This document shows positions 21,614 through 30,535 of a stretch of 37,236 nt of DNA, piece after piece. Where the stretch lies: positions 4,438 to 41,673 of the forward strand of contig DHYS01000013.1 of NCBI GenBank assembly GCA_002414185.1, given 5' to 3'. The stretch comes from Patescibacteria group bacterium UBA5124. GTDB lineage: Bacteria > Patescibacteriota > Gracilibacteria > Absconditabacterales > Absconditicoccaceae. The translations under genes and the position numbers were made by a program. The notes under the pieces are model-generated. The model was not told the DNA's origin, searched no databases, and was given only the letters and a program-made list of their open reading frames with translations. Each line of letters opens with the position of its first letter. Positions within the stretch are counted from its first letter, which is position 1.

Positions 21614-21641
21614 TTGCATTTCTTCAGAAAATTACTATATT
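21614..21641 (+). promoter_or_regulatory. candidate promoter for tRNA-Cys
   Basis: TTGCAT (21614-21619), 16 nt, TATATT (21636-21641). It lies about 20 nt upstream of the tRNA 5' end. Confidence 0.45.
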
Positions 21642-21662
21642 CACAACCGCAGTTGCCAATAT

Positions 21663-21736
21663 GGCACCTTGCTAGAGTGGTCCAATAGACGGGTCTGCAA
21701 AACCTTGGTTCGTGAGTTCGAATCTCACAGGTGCCT
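21663..21736 (+). tRNA. tRNA-Cys (anticodon GCA)
   Basis: Hand-folded cloverleaf:
- acceptor GGCACCT/AGGTGCC
- T arm GTGAG-TTCGAAT-CTCAC
- anticodon loop CTGCAAA
- 5-nt variable loop
- D arm with a G13:A22-type mismatch
- discriminator U73, typical of tRNA-Cys
- genomically encoded CCA at 21737-21739. Confidence 0.9.
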
Positions 21737-21797
21737 CCATTTCACTCTAGCGATATAAGAACCAAGCGAAACTACTTCAGTTCCGTCACTACAAAAC

Positions 21798-21824
21798 AAA
21801 TCCTCTCAAGGGATTTTTTTGTTT
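21798..21824 (+). terminator. intrinsic terminator downstream of tRNA-Cys
   Basis: AAATCC-tctcaag-GGATTT followed by TTTTGTTTT. It sits about 60 nt after the tRNA 3' end. Confidence 0.6.
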
Positions 21825-21896
21825 TATCAAAAATATTAATATTGACTTAGATAAGCAAATTTATAAAAAAACATAAAATACAAAAATTAACCCATT

Positions 21897-22088
21897 ATGA
21901 GAAGAACTGACAAACGACTTGTAAAATTAATGATATCTATGACAGTATTAATAGGTATATCTATACTAGTAATAAACGATATTTATTCAAAAGAAGAATA
22001 TCATTATCAAAATTTATCAATACAAAAAGAAAAGCCAACACCAAGAAAAGAAAAAATAATATCTTGGTTGAAAAAATTAAACTGATAG
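21897..22088 (+). CDS. small membrane-anchored hypothetical protein (63 aa)
   Basis: Track ORF 21897..22085, extended one codon past its TGA to TAG at 22086-22088. It has one hydrophobic helix (LVKLMISMTVLIGISILVI). No homology recognised. Confidence 0.4.
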
Positions 22089-22113
22089 AGCATTTCCTAT
22101 CAGTTTTTCTTTT
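22079..22113. terminator. bidirectional intrinsic terminator between the small ORF (+) and smpB (-)
   Basis: 10-bp stem AAACTGATAG / CTATCAGTTT with an 8-nt loop. T-run downstream on the plus strand, and an A-run upstream that reads as a T-run on the minus strand. Confidence 0.7.
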
Positions 22114-22150
22114 AAGAAAAATCCAACCTTTTCAGGAAGGATTTTTTCTA

Positions 22151-22612
22151 TTATATCTTCATACTTCTAATCTCTCTATCCATTTGTCTTTTTTGATCTT
22201 TTTCTTTCAAGATTTGCTTCTTTTCTACTTTTCTCATAAGTTTTGCAACTCATATTTTAAGTTTAATCAATCATCTTTTATTAATATATACTTCCAAAGG
22301 AATTACTACATATCCTGATTTATCAAGCATTGCAGCAACCTTAGTCAATTCTTTTTTAGTAATCAGAATTTTTCTTCTTCCTTTGGGTTGATATCCAGGA
22401 ACAAGAACAGGGGATGTCCTTTCATATAAAGGAACATCCATACCAACTATCCAAAGTTCTCTATTTTCCAATACTACAATACTATCTTTAATATTTACAT
22501 GTCCAAGTTTAATAGATTTTACTTCATGTCATTTTAGTACAATTCAGACTTCATACTCTTTATCTATACTATAATCATGATATGCCAATCTATTTTTTGT
22601 AATCAATTTCAT
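22151..22612 (-). CDS. smpB: SsrA-binding protein SmpB (153 aa)
   Basis: [35 protein letters not shown]..., then a basic C-terminal tail. The C-terminus was checked codon by codon to TAA at 22153-22151. It joins track ORF 22271..22471. Confidence 0.92.
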
Positions 22613-22637
22613 CAGCAAAACAGAGGATTAGATAAAA

Positions 22638-23783
22638 TTATAACCAAGAAATTGTAGTTTTAGCAACACCTACATTTATATTGATATCTATTACAGATCT
22701 AGCAGTAGCTATATTTGTAGATTCAAAATATCCTTCAGTCTTTTCTACAAAATCAACCAATTGTACCTTTCAAACGATATCTTTATAATGTAATCTTACA
22801 CCAAGAGTTTTAGGTAAATGCAATGTAATATCTCCAAGAGCAGATTGAATATCTACAAGAGAACCACTTTTTACTTGATTTCACAAAGTAAGATCCAATA
22901 CCGTACCAGCAGAATAAATTCTTGCATTTCTAAGTTCTATATTTCCTAAGTTAATTTTTGATGTAGAAAGAATATTTCTAATATATAAGTATGCAGGTTG
23001 TGTAGATTTTATTCCCAAACTTACATTACCATACAAATTTTGAAGAAGATTCAGATTTTTGTTTTCTGTAAGAATAATATAATCATGTCCAGAAGCAACT
23101 ACTCATGTAGTAACCAAAAGATTTCTTTCTGATCAATAATTTCATTCTACCAAATTATTAGTTGGTTTTCATTCCAATGTAAGATTTGAAACCAAAGTAT
23201 CTACATAGATCTTTGAAGCATATCATCACATAGTTGGAAAAGATACATACGATCCAAATTTAGTTTGATTAGAAGGATTGAGTGAAGTATATACTCCTGT
23301 AATAAAGAAACCACCAAACACACATAAAAACAATAACAACCCAAATACTTTACCAAAAATACCTCTATAACTCCAAATAACAATAGAACTGAAAATAATA
23401 AATATTGGATATATTAAAGATAAATTAAGATCTCCAAAACTAACCGTAAATATTCCTAATGCTTGAGAAAGCATAAGAAATCATACCACAACTAATGCTA
23501 TAATAGTTAATGTTCTGAAAAAACCATGAACTTTTTGTTTTTTATAAACAATTTTTTCTACTACTTGAGTTTGTACTGGAGGAATTCCAGTAGCAGCTAC
23601 ATTATTTTGAGGAAACAATTGCGGATCTGGTTGAACAGGAGCCGCAGCTGGTTGTTGTTGTACTGGTTGTTGTTGTACAGGAACTCCAGCATTTTGTCTA
23701 ATAAAATCTTCCAATGATGTTGGATTAGGCGTTCCATTATTTGCTTGTTGAGGAATTTCTTGTCCTGGTTGCATAGGATCCAT
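22638..23783 (-). CDS. membrane protein with a P/Q-rich N-terminus and a beta-rich C-terminal domain (LiaF/DUF2154- or DUF4097-like?), 381 aa
   Basis: Track ORFs 23481..23783 and 23226..23474 plus a downstream extension form one frame, checked codon by codon to TAA at 22640-22638. The N-terminal part (about 75 aa) is Pro/Gln-rich (VPVQQQPVQQQPAAAPVQPDPQ). It is followed by 3-4 hydrophobic helices and then a repetitive G-x-hydrophobic beta-like C-terminal domain. The family call is tentative. Confidence 0.75.
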
Positions 23784-23813
23784 TCTTTTATAGTAATATA
23801 ATAAATATGATGT

Positions 23814-23846
23814 GTCATTCCGGCCTCGCCAGATGGAGCCGGAATC
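23814..23846 (+). repeat. GTCATTCCGGC...GCCGGAATC hairpin repeat (intact copy)
   Basis: GTC-ATTCCGGC-ctcgccagatgga-GCCGGAAT-C gives an 8-bp stem. It lies between the glyQS stop (23879) and the start of the next minus-strand gene (23783). It generates the spurious peptide start MMCHSGLARWSRNL of track ORF 23807..24457. Confidence 0.75.
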
Positions 23847-23878
23847 TATTTAAATATTTTTTATCAAACGAAATAGCC

Positions 23879-25303
23879 TTACAATATAATTTCTTCTGGT
23901 TTAATTCTCTTTTGTTCCATAGTATCTCTATCTCTGATAGTTACCGTACCATCTTCAAGTGTTTGATAATCCACTGTAATACAATAAGGAGTACCTATTT
24001 CATCTTGTCTACGATAACACTTTCCTACATTTCCACTATCATCAAATTCACACATATACTGTTTAGAAAGTTTTCTATACAAATCTTCAGCAAATCCTAC
24101 AATCTTTTCATCCTTCTTTACAAGAGGAATCACAGCAAATTTTACAGGAGCAATATTCTTATGAAATCTGGCAACTATTCTTGTTTGTTCTGCTCCATTT
24201 CCATCAGTATACTTTTCTTCATCATAGGCATCGATCAACGCCGTCAAAATAGCTCTCGTCAATCCTCGGCTTGGTTCTATACAATGAGGAATATATCTTT
24301 TACCTGTATATGGATCATTGTATTGAAGATCTTTACCAGAATGTTCCATATGTTGTTTAAGATCATAGTCAGTTCTATACGCAATACCTTGCAATTCTCC
24401 CCATCCTCGTGGAAACAAATATTCTACATCACAAGTTCCTTTACTATAAAAACTTAATTCATCTTGATCATGATCTCTAAATCTCATATTTTCTTCTTTG
24501 ATTCCTATTTCTTCTTTCCATCGTTTTTTACTTGCATTTTTCCATGCTTCAAAAGATTCTAATCCCTTTTCTGTATCATTTTCTACAAAATATTCGATCT
24601 CCATTTGATAAAATTCTCTCACTCTAAACATAAAGTTTCCTGGAGTGATTTCATTTCTAAAAGCCTTTCCTATCTGAGCAATACCAAATGGGATTCTAGA
24701 TCTCGTAGTATCCAATATATTTCTAAAGTTTACAAAGATTCCTTGTGCAGTCTCTGGTCTCAAGTAAATATCTGTTCCTTGACCTTCGATTACTCCTTGT
24801 TGAGTTTTAAACATCAGGTTAAATTTCTTTGGTTCAGCCCAGTCACATGATCCACATTTTGGACATTTTACTTTAAAACCAGTCAAAAAAGTTGTTTGTT
24901 GTTCGAAATCCCATGCTTCAGGAGTAATAGTTGTAACTGCAACAACAGCTTGAATAGATTCAAGTGTCATATTTTTTGAGGTAATTGTATCTTCAATCAA
25001 TTTATCAGCTCTTTCTCTCGATTTACATTTTTTACAATCAATCAATGGATCAGAAAATCATGCTACGTGTCCACTAGCTTCCCATACTTTAGGATTCATC
25101 AAAATCTGACTATCAAGTCCTATAATATCATCTCTTTGTTGAACAAAATACGTCCACCATACGTGTTCTATATTTCTTTTGATTTCAGTTCCATAAGGTC
25201 CAAGATCCCAAGCATTAGCAAGTCCACCATAAATATCAGATCCAGGATATGCAAAACCTCTTCTCTTTGCCCACGCAACAATCGTCTCCAATGATTTTTC
25301 CAT
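23879..25303 (-). CDS. glyQS: glycyl-tRNA synthetase, alpha2 (GlyQS) type, 474 aa
   Basis: Track ORFs 23879..25045 and 25058..25306 are joined across one TGA (25058-25060). N-terminus: [38 protein letters not shown]. Also ...[26 protein letters not shown] chose ATG at 25303-25301 rather than the adjacent TTG. Confidence 0.93.
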
Positions 25304-25409
25304 CAAAAATTATCAGTTAATAGCTAAATATTAACCACATATATAATAAAGTAATATGTAGTTTCAAGTCTAAGGAATACAAAGTTTTACAAAAAAAGTC
25401 TTCAAAAAT

Positions 25410-25437
25410 TTGCAAAATAAAAAATCCTGTGTATAAT
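25410..25437 (+). promoter_or_regulatory. near-consensus sigma70-type promoter in front of the ORF-less unit
   Basis: TTGCAA (25410-25415), 16-nt spacer, TATAAT (25432-25437). Confidence 0.5.
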
Positions 25438-25443
25438 AAAACC

Positions 25444-25838
25444 GGAAGATGATGATAACGTAATCCGTTATCCGTGAAGATACTAGAATACTTCTTATTT
25501 TAGTCTGTTTACTATCTTACTCTATATCTATTTGCCGCCATCAAAAACAAAAATAAAATAAAAAGATACCCTCTTTTTACTACCTAATAATGGCACTAAA
25601 GCAATAGATCCCTATAGTCTGTATACAAACACTATCTATATAAGTTGTCAAAATCAGTTGCATCCATCAGCGATGTAGTCCTTCTATCACAATTCCTTCC
25701 AGGTGAAATTTGTCATCTTGACTGGTAACCTATTCGAAAGGGTTATGTAAGTTTACTTGCACTAAAGCAGTAACACCAAAAGGATACCAAATTTCTAGTT
25801 ACCACTCATGTTCTCATGGGTGGTTTTCTTTTTTTTCA
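25444..25838 (+). ncRNA. candidate non-coding RNA or long leader of about 390 nt, family unknown
   Basis: It is bounded by the promoter above and a strong terminator. All three forward frames are dense with TAA/TAG. It contains several hairpins and two pairs of direct repeats. It sits in the largest non-coding gap of the window. By eye I found no match to the RNase P, tmRNA, SRP, 6S or T-box signatures. Confidence 0.4.
25801..25838 (+). terminator. strong intrinsic terminator
   Basis: 10-bp stem ACCACTCATG / CATGGGTGGT (one G-T pair) with the 4-nt loop TTCT, followed by TTTCTTTTTTTT. Confidence 0.75.
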
Positions 25839-25916
25839 AAAAAAATATAAAAAGATTTGCATTTATCAAAAAAATAAGTAATATTTTTATTACATTTATT
25901 ACTTACACAAAAAAAC

Positions 25917-26156
25917 ATGACACAAAAAGATCATAAAATCTATGGTAGCGTAGTAGTTAATACAAAAGGACAAATCATTCTACCTGTAGAAGTTAGAAAA
26001 GAAATGGGTATCAAAGAAGGAGACAGATTACTTATCACAGGAAAATGAGACAATTTTATAGGGATCGTAAAAATAGATACCCTAGAAGGATTTATCAATC
26101 AAATGAACTGAACTGATACAAAAATAGATGATTTCAAAACATATAAAAAAAAATAA
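25917..26156 (+). CDS. AbrB/MazE/SpoVT-domain protein (79 aa)
   Basis: VVVNTKGQIILPVEVRKEMGIKEGDRLLITGK is the swapped-hairpin barrel signature. Two in-frame TGA codons. The frame was checked to TAA at 26154-26156. Confidence 0.8.
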
Positions 26157-26194
26157 CAACAATATAACAACTTTTATTCACTTTATTTATTATT

Positions 26195-28039
26195 ATGGCA
26201 TCAAAAATTATTTCTCTCTTTAAACATATACGAACTAAATATAAACGATACACTATTGTTGCACTTATCCTTATAGTATACGGTTTATACAAAGTATTCT
26301 GAACAACCACACAAACAGAAACTATAAGTTTTTCTGATATATATAGAGTACAGACAGGAAGTATTCAAAATTCTATCAAAGTATTAGGTACTACAAGTAT
26401 TACTGATCAACAAGTACTTACTTTTGGTCAAGAAGGAACAATCAAAAAGATTTATGTAAAAGAAGGTCAATTTGTAAAAAAATGAACATTATTAGCAGAA
26501 ATAGATAAAAAAAATCTTAAAAATAATATAGCTCAACAATCATTAAGTATCCAAAATGCTAAAATCAATTATAATAAATTATTAAATCAATATACTGATG
26601 CTGACAAACTCCAAGCTCAAAACACAGTAACTGATACAGAAAAAAAACTAGAAATAGCTAAGAAAGAATTACAAGATATGTTAAATGATAAAGGAGACAC
26701 TCTTCAAACAAATGGTAGCAAAGCTCAAGAAGTATTTATCTCTGTAAAAGGTATTATTAACGATACTAAAAACACTTTAGATACTATTGATGAAATATTT
26801 ACTATTACTGATAAATACGAATTTGCTCATAGTGATGATAGTTCACGAGAACTTTATATAGGAGCCAAAAATAGTGCATCAAAAACCACAACTAAAACAA
26901 AATATTATGAAACAAACAAACTATTGAGCGATGTTTCTACTCTTTTAAATAGTTTACAAAGTGTAACATCTACAACAATTCAAAATATCAAAACACTTCA
27001 AGATAAAACAAAGACTATGCTAGATTCATTATCTGATACATTAGATATAGCTACTACAAGTGTAAATAGTTCTATAGTTGGAGGATCTGTTACTCAATCT
27101 CAAATAAGCAACCGATCATCTACATTAAGTAGTGCAAACTCAAAAGTACTATCTCAATTATCAAGTTTAAATAATAGCATTTCATCACTTAAAACTACAA
27201 GTACTGATATAGAAAACCAAAGAAGTACTGTAAGAAATCTAGAAACACAACTCCAAGTAAACAAAGAAAACCTTCAAACAGTACTCAAAGGAGCAAAATC
27301 AGAAGATGTACAAATACAATTAAACAATCTAAAACAAATGCAAATTTCTCTTTCACAACTTAGTGAACAATCAGAAAATTATGAACTTACAGCAGCATTT
27401 GATGGAAACATTGATATTGTAAATATGAAAGTATGAGACAACATCACTATGGATAATATCTCTGAAAAATCTATTACCATATCAAATCCAAATATCTACC
27501 AAATAGATATGCTTATTGATCAAGTAGATATCGTAAAAATACAAAAAGGACAATTTGCTGAAATTACTTTTGATTCATACCCATGATATGCCGTAACAGG
27601 AAGCATATCTGATATTGATCCAACACCAGTAACTAATGCAGGTGTAGTATCATATACTGCAAAAATATCAATGACCAAATGAGATAAAAAAATCTATGAT
27701 AGTATGACTACAAATATTAAGATTATTACAGAACAAAAAGATAATGTAATAGTTATACCTAGTAGCGCTATACAAACAATAAACAATACTACTGCAGTAC
27801 AAATTATGCAATGAGCAACACCTAGCATACAACCAATTGAAGTAGGTATCACAGATGGAACAAATTCTGAAATACTTAGTGGACTAGTAGTTGGTAATAG
27901 AATACTTCTCAAATCATACAAATCTTCATCAACATCTTCATCTTCATCAAACACTAATACTATGAGAAATGCTGGAAGTAGTACAAGAGGACTATGAGTT
28001 GGTTGAAATTCAAGAAACTTTGGTTGACCAGGAATGTAA
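26195..28039 (+). CDS. HlyD/MacA-family membrane-fusion (periplasmic adaptor-like) protein, unusually long (614 aa)
   Basis: N-terminal anchor (YTIVALILIVYGLY), lipoyl-like segment (GTIKKIYVKEGQFVKK-G-TLLAEID), a very long Ser/Thr/Asn/Gln-rich coiled-coil region, a beta-barrel segment (AEITFDSYP-G-YAVTGSISDIDP) and a Gly-rich tail. The frame was checked codon by codon at both ends. Confidence 0.8.
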
Positions 28040-28062
28040 TTTTATCTATTCTTATATAGATC

Positions 28063-28776
28063 ATGTTAGAATTAAAAAATATTATCAAAGATTATACTAT
28101 ATGAGAGATACTCTTACAACGTGCTTTGTGTTGAGTAGATCTTACGATAAATAACGGTGATTTTATAGCAATCATGGGACCATCTGGATCAGGAAAATCC
28201 ACACTTATGAATATTATAGGACTCTTAGATATACCAACAAGTTGAGATTATATATTAGATGGAAAAAAATTAGAAAATCTGACTGAAAACGAAAAAGCAC
28301 AAATTAGATGACAAAAAATCTGATTTGTATTTCAATGATACAATCTCATTGCTAGAAAACCTATTATTGAACAAGTAATGCTTCCTTTAGCATATCAATG
28401 AGTACCTTTAGAAGAAAGAATGGAAAGAGCTACAGAAGCCCTCAAAAAGGTTGGATTGATTGAAAAATTATATAGTAAACCAAACGAACTTTCTGGAGGA
28501 CAACAACAAAGAGTAGCTATTGCTCGTGCTATTGTAACAAACCCTTCACTAATTCTTGCCGATGAACCAACGGGAGCCTTAGATAGTAAGACAGGTGAAG
28601 AAGTTTTGGATATATTTACCAAACTCAATGACGATGGAAAAACAATAGTACTTATTACTCACTCTGCAGAAATCGCCGAATATGCAAAACACTCTATACA
28701 TATTAAAGATGGATTAATAGAAAAAAAACAAGAGAATAAAAGAAAAGAAATCAAAAAAGAAAAAAAATCAGAATAA
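28063..28776 (+). CDS. ABC transporter ATP-binding protein, MacB/LolD/YknY type (237 aa)
   Basis: Walker [11 protein letters not shown]-loop I-G-FVFQ, signature [14 protein letters not shown], Walker [13 protein letters not shown] and H-loop ITH. It joins track ORF 28420..28776 in frame. Confidence 0.93.
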
Positions 28777-28811
28777 TATTCGACTAATCTTTCATTATTA
28801 ACACAATTATT

Positions 28812-30026
28812 ATGTCTCTTCTCGAACATATCAAAAATGCTATAGCATCACTCACATCAAACAAACTTAGATCCTGACTGAGCAGTTTGGGTATTATTAT
28901 AGGAATTCTTTCGGTTGTAGTATTGATTGCTATTGGACAATGAGCAACAAATCAAATACTTTCTAATGTAGAAGCTCTAGGTACAAATCTACTCACTATT
29001 AGTCCAGGATGAACTAGCCAAACAGATGCCAGAAATACAACAAGCAGTAAAAGTTCAACCAATGTACTTACGATAGAAGATGCTGAAGCTATAAAAGAAA
29101 TATCTAGTGTTAAAGAAGTATCTGCTGAATATAGTTCAAGAAAGCAAGTAGTATATTTATCAAACAATATGCAAGCAAGCATCTATTGAGTTACTCCAGG
29201 ATACCTAGAAGTACGTAACTCTGAAGTAGAATATGGATCGTTTATAACCCAATCTCATGTAAACAATATAGATAAAGTAGCAGTATTATGAGCAACTACA
29301 GCAAGCACACTTTTTGGTACTGATGATCCAATTGGTAAAGATATAAACATAGGAAACAATGTACTTACCGTCATCGGAGTAATGAAATCCAAAGGAACAC
29401 AAAGCTTTGGTAATGCAGATTCTACAGTCTTTATTCCTATTACATCAGCACAACAAAGATTATTTGGAACTAAATATCTTTCTAGTATAGGAGTCTCAGT
29501 AACCACAACTGAATTAATAGATAGCACAAAAGAAGAAATTGATCAACTCTTACGTAAGAGATTTAATATAGCTGATGATGAAGACGAAAACTTTACCATT
29601 GCTAGTCAGGCTGATGCTATTTCTACAATCAGTGAAATTACCGGTACTATGAAATTGTTTTTATGAGCTATAGCTGTTATTTCATTGATAGTTGGAGGTA
29701 TCTGAGTAATGAACATCATGCTCGTTTCTGTAACAGAAAGAACTCGTGAAATAGGAATACGTAAAGCTATCTGAGCACAAACCAGAGATATTATATTACA
29801 ATTTTTGACAGAATCAGTAGCTCTTTGTGTACTAGGATGAGTAATTGGAATAGGATTAAGTTATCTTATTATATGGGCAATTCAAAGCTTAGTAGTTTGA
29901 GTAATTACCTTCCAATCTATAGCTATGGCATTTGGATTTGCTACAGCAATAGGGATAGGATTTGGTATCTATCCAGCATACAAGGCTGCTAGACTCAAAC
30001 CAATTGATGCTCTAAGATACGAATAA
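28812..30026 (+). CDS. ABC transporter permease, MacB/FtsX type (404 aa)
   Basis: An N-terminal TM segment and a large extracytoplasmic MacB-PCD-like domain are followed by the FtsX domain ([16 protein letters not shown]...) and the ending ...[18 protein letters not shown], typical of this family. Confidence 0.9.
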
Positions 30027-30053
30027 ATTATATTTGAAATTTCCAACAAAAAA

Positions 30054-30084
30054 GGTAATCTGCATAAGGTTATCTTTTTTATTT
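30054..30084 (+). terminator. intrinsic terminator after the efflux operon
   Basis: GGTAATC-tgcataa-GGTTATC (two G-T pairs) followed by TTTTTTATTT. Confidence 0.55.
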
Positions 30085-30127
30085 AAAAAACTTAAGAAAA
30101 TATTTTATATCATAAACATATTTTATT

Positions 30128-30535
30128 ATGTCTGACTGCATATTCTGTAAAATTGTTTCATGAGAGATCCCTAGTATCAAACTACGAGAAGATGAAAATT
30201 TTATTGCATTATTAGATATTTTCCCAAATACAAAAGGACAAGCAATAGTATTTCCAAAAAAACATTATGAATCAAATATCGCAAATCTAGATAATGATAT
30301 AATAAGCAATCTTATGATAGCATCAAACAAAGTCATCAACCTTCTTAGAAAAGGATTAAACGTAGATAGAGTAGGAATAATCATAGAAGGAATGCAAGTT
30401 AATCATATTCATGTAAGACTTTATCCATTCTTTGGATCAATAGGATTTGAAAATGGAATAGATGCAGGACCCAAAGCAGACGTTTTAGAATTACAAAAAT
30501 TAGCTGATGAAATTTTACACAGTACGAATAGGTAA
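30128..30535 (+). CDS. HIT-family (histidine triad) protein, 135 aa
   Basis: MSDCIFCKIVS-G-EIPS..., FPNTKGQAIVFPKKH and VNHIHVRLYP (triad with the last His replaced by Arg). Confidence 0.88.

Noticed and set aside
21740-21797. The 58-nt stretch between tRNA-Cys and its terminator as a second small RNA or tRNA fragment.
   Set aside because: I could not fold it into a cloverleaf or a convincing hairpin. It is most simply a 3' trailer of the tRNA transcript.
23807-24457. 216-aa plus-strand ORF, and similar antisense or overlapping track ORFs (22064..22318, 3179..3418, 3633..3818, 27694..27954, 33019..33360, 33475..33852).
   Set aside because: They are antisense to, or out of frame with, well-supported genes (glyQS, smpB, OFOR, the HlyD adaptor, aspS). 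They are low-complexity, and some start inside the hairpin repeats (MMCHSGLARWSRNL, MDCHAYARND).
25590-25608. The mini-ORF ATG GCA CTA AAG CAA TAG (MALKQ) and its near-duplicate at 25756-25773 as a leader or attenuation peptide.
   Set aside because: The second copy has no start codon in frame, and no ribosome-binding context is discernible. The repeat is more simply described as an 11-nt direct RNA or DNA motif. I kept it only as a note inside the ncRNA finding.
25444-25838. That the ORF-less unit is tmRNA (smpB is nearby), RNase P RNA, SRP RNA, 6S RNA or a T-box leader.
   Set aside because: By eye it has none of the expected signatures:
- no GGGG 5' end or tRNA-like GGTTCGA...CCA 3' end
- no GGAAAGTCC or ACAGAA-CCGGCTTA
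- no GGAAGCAGC
- no end-to-end pairing
- the GGGTGG in the terminator is not in a T-box antiterminator context, and the downstream genes are not aminoacyl-related

I cannot formally exclude a divergent member without a covariance-model search.
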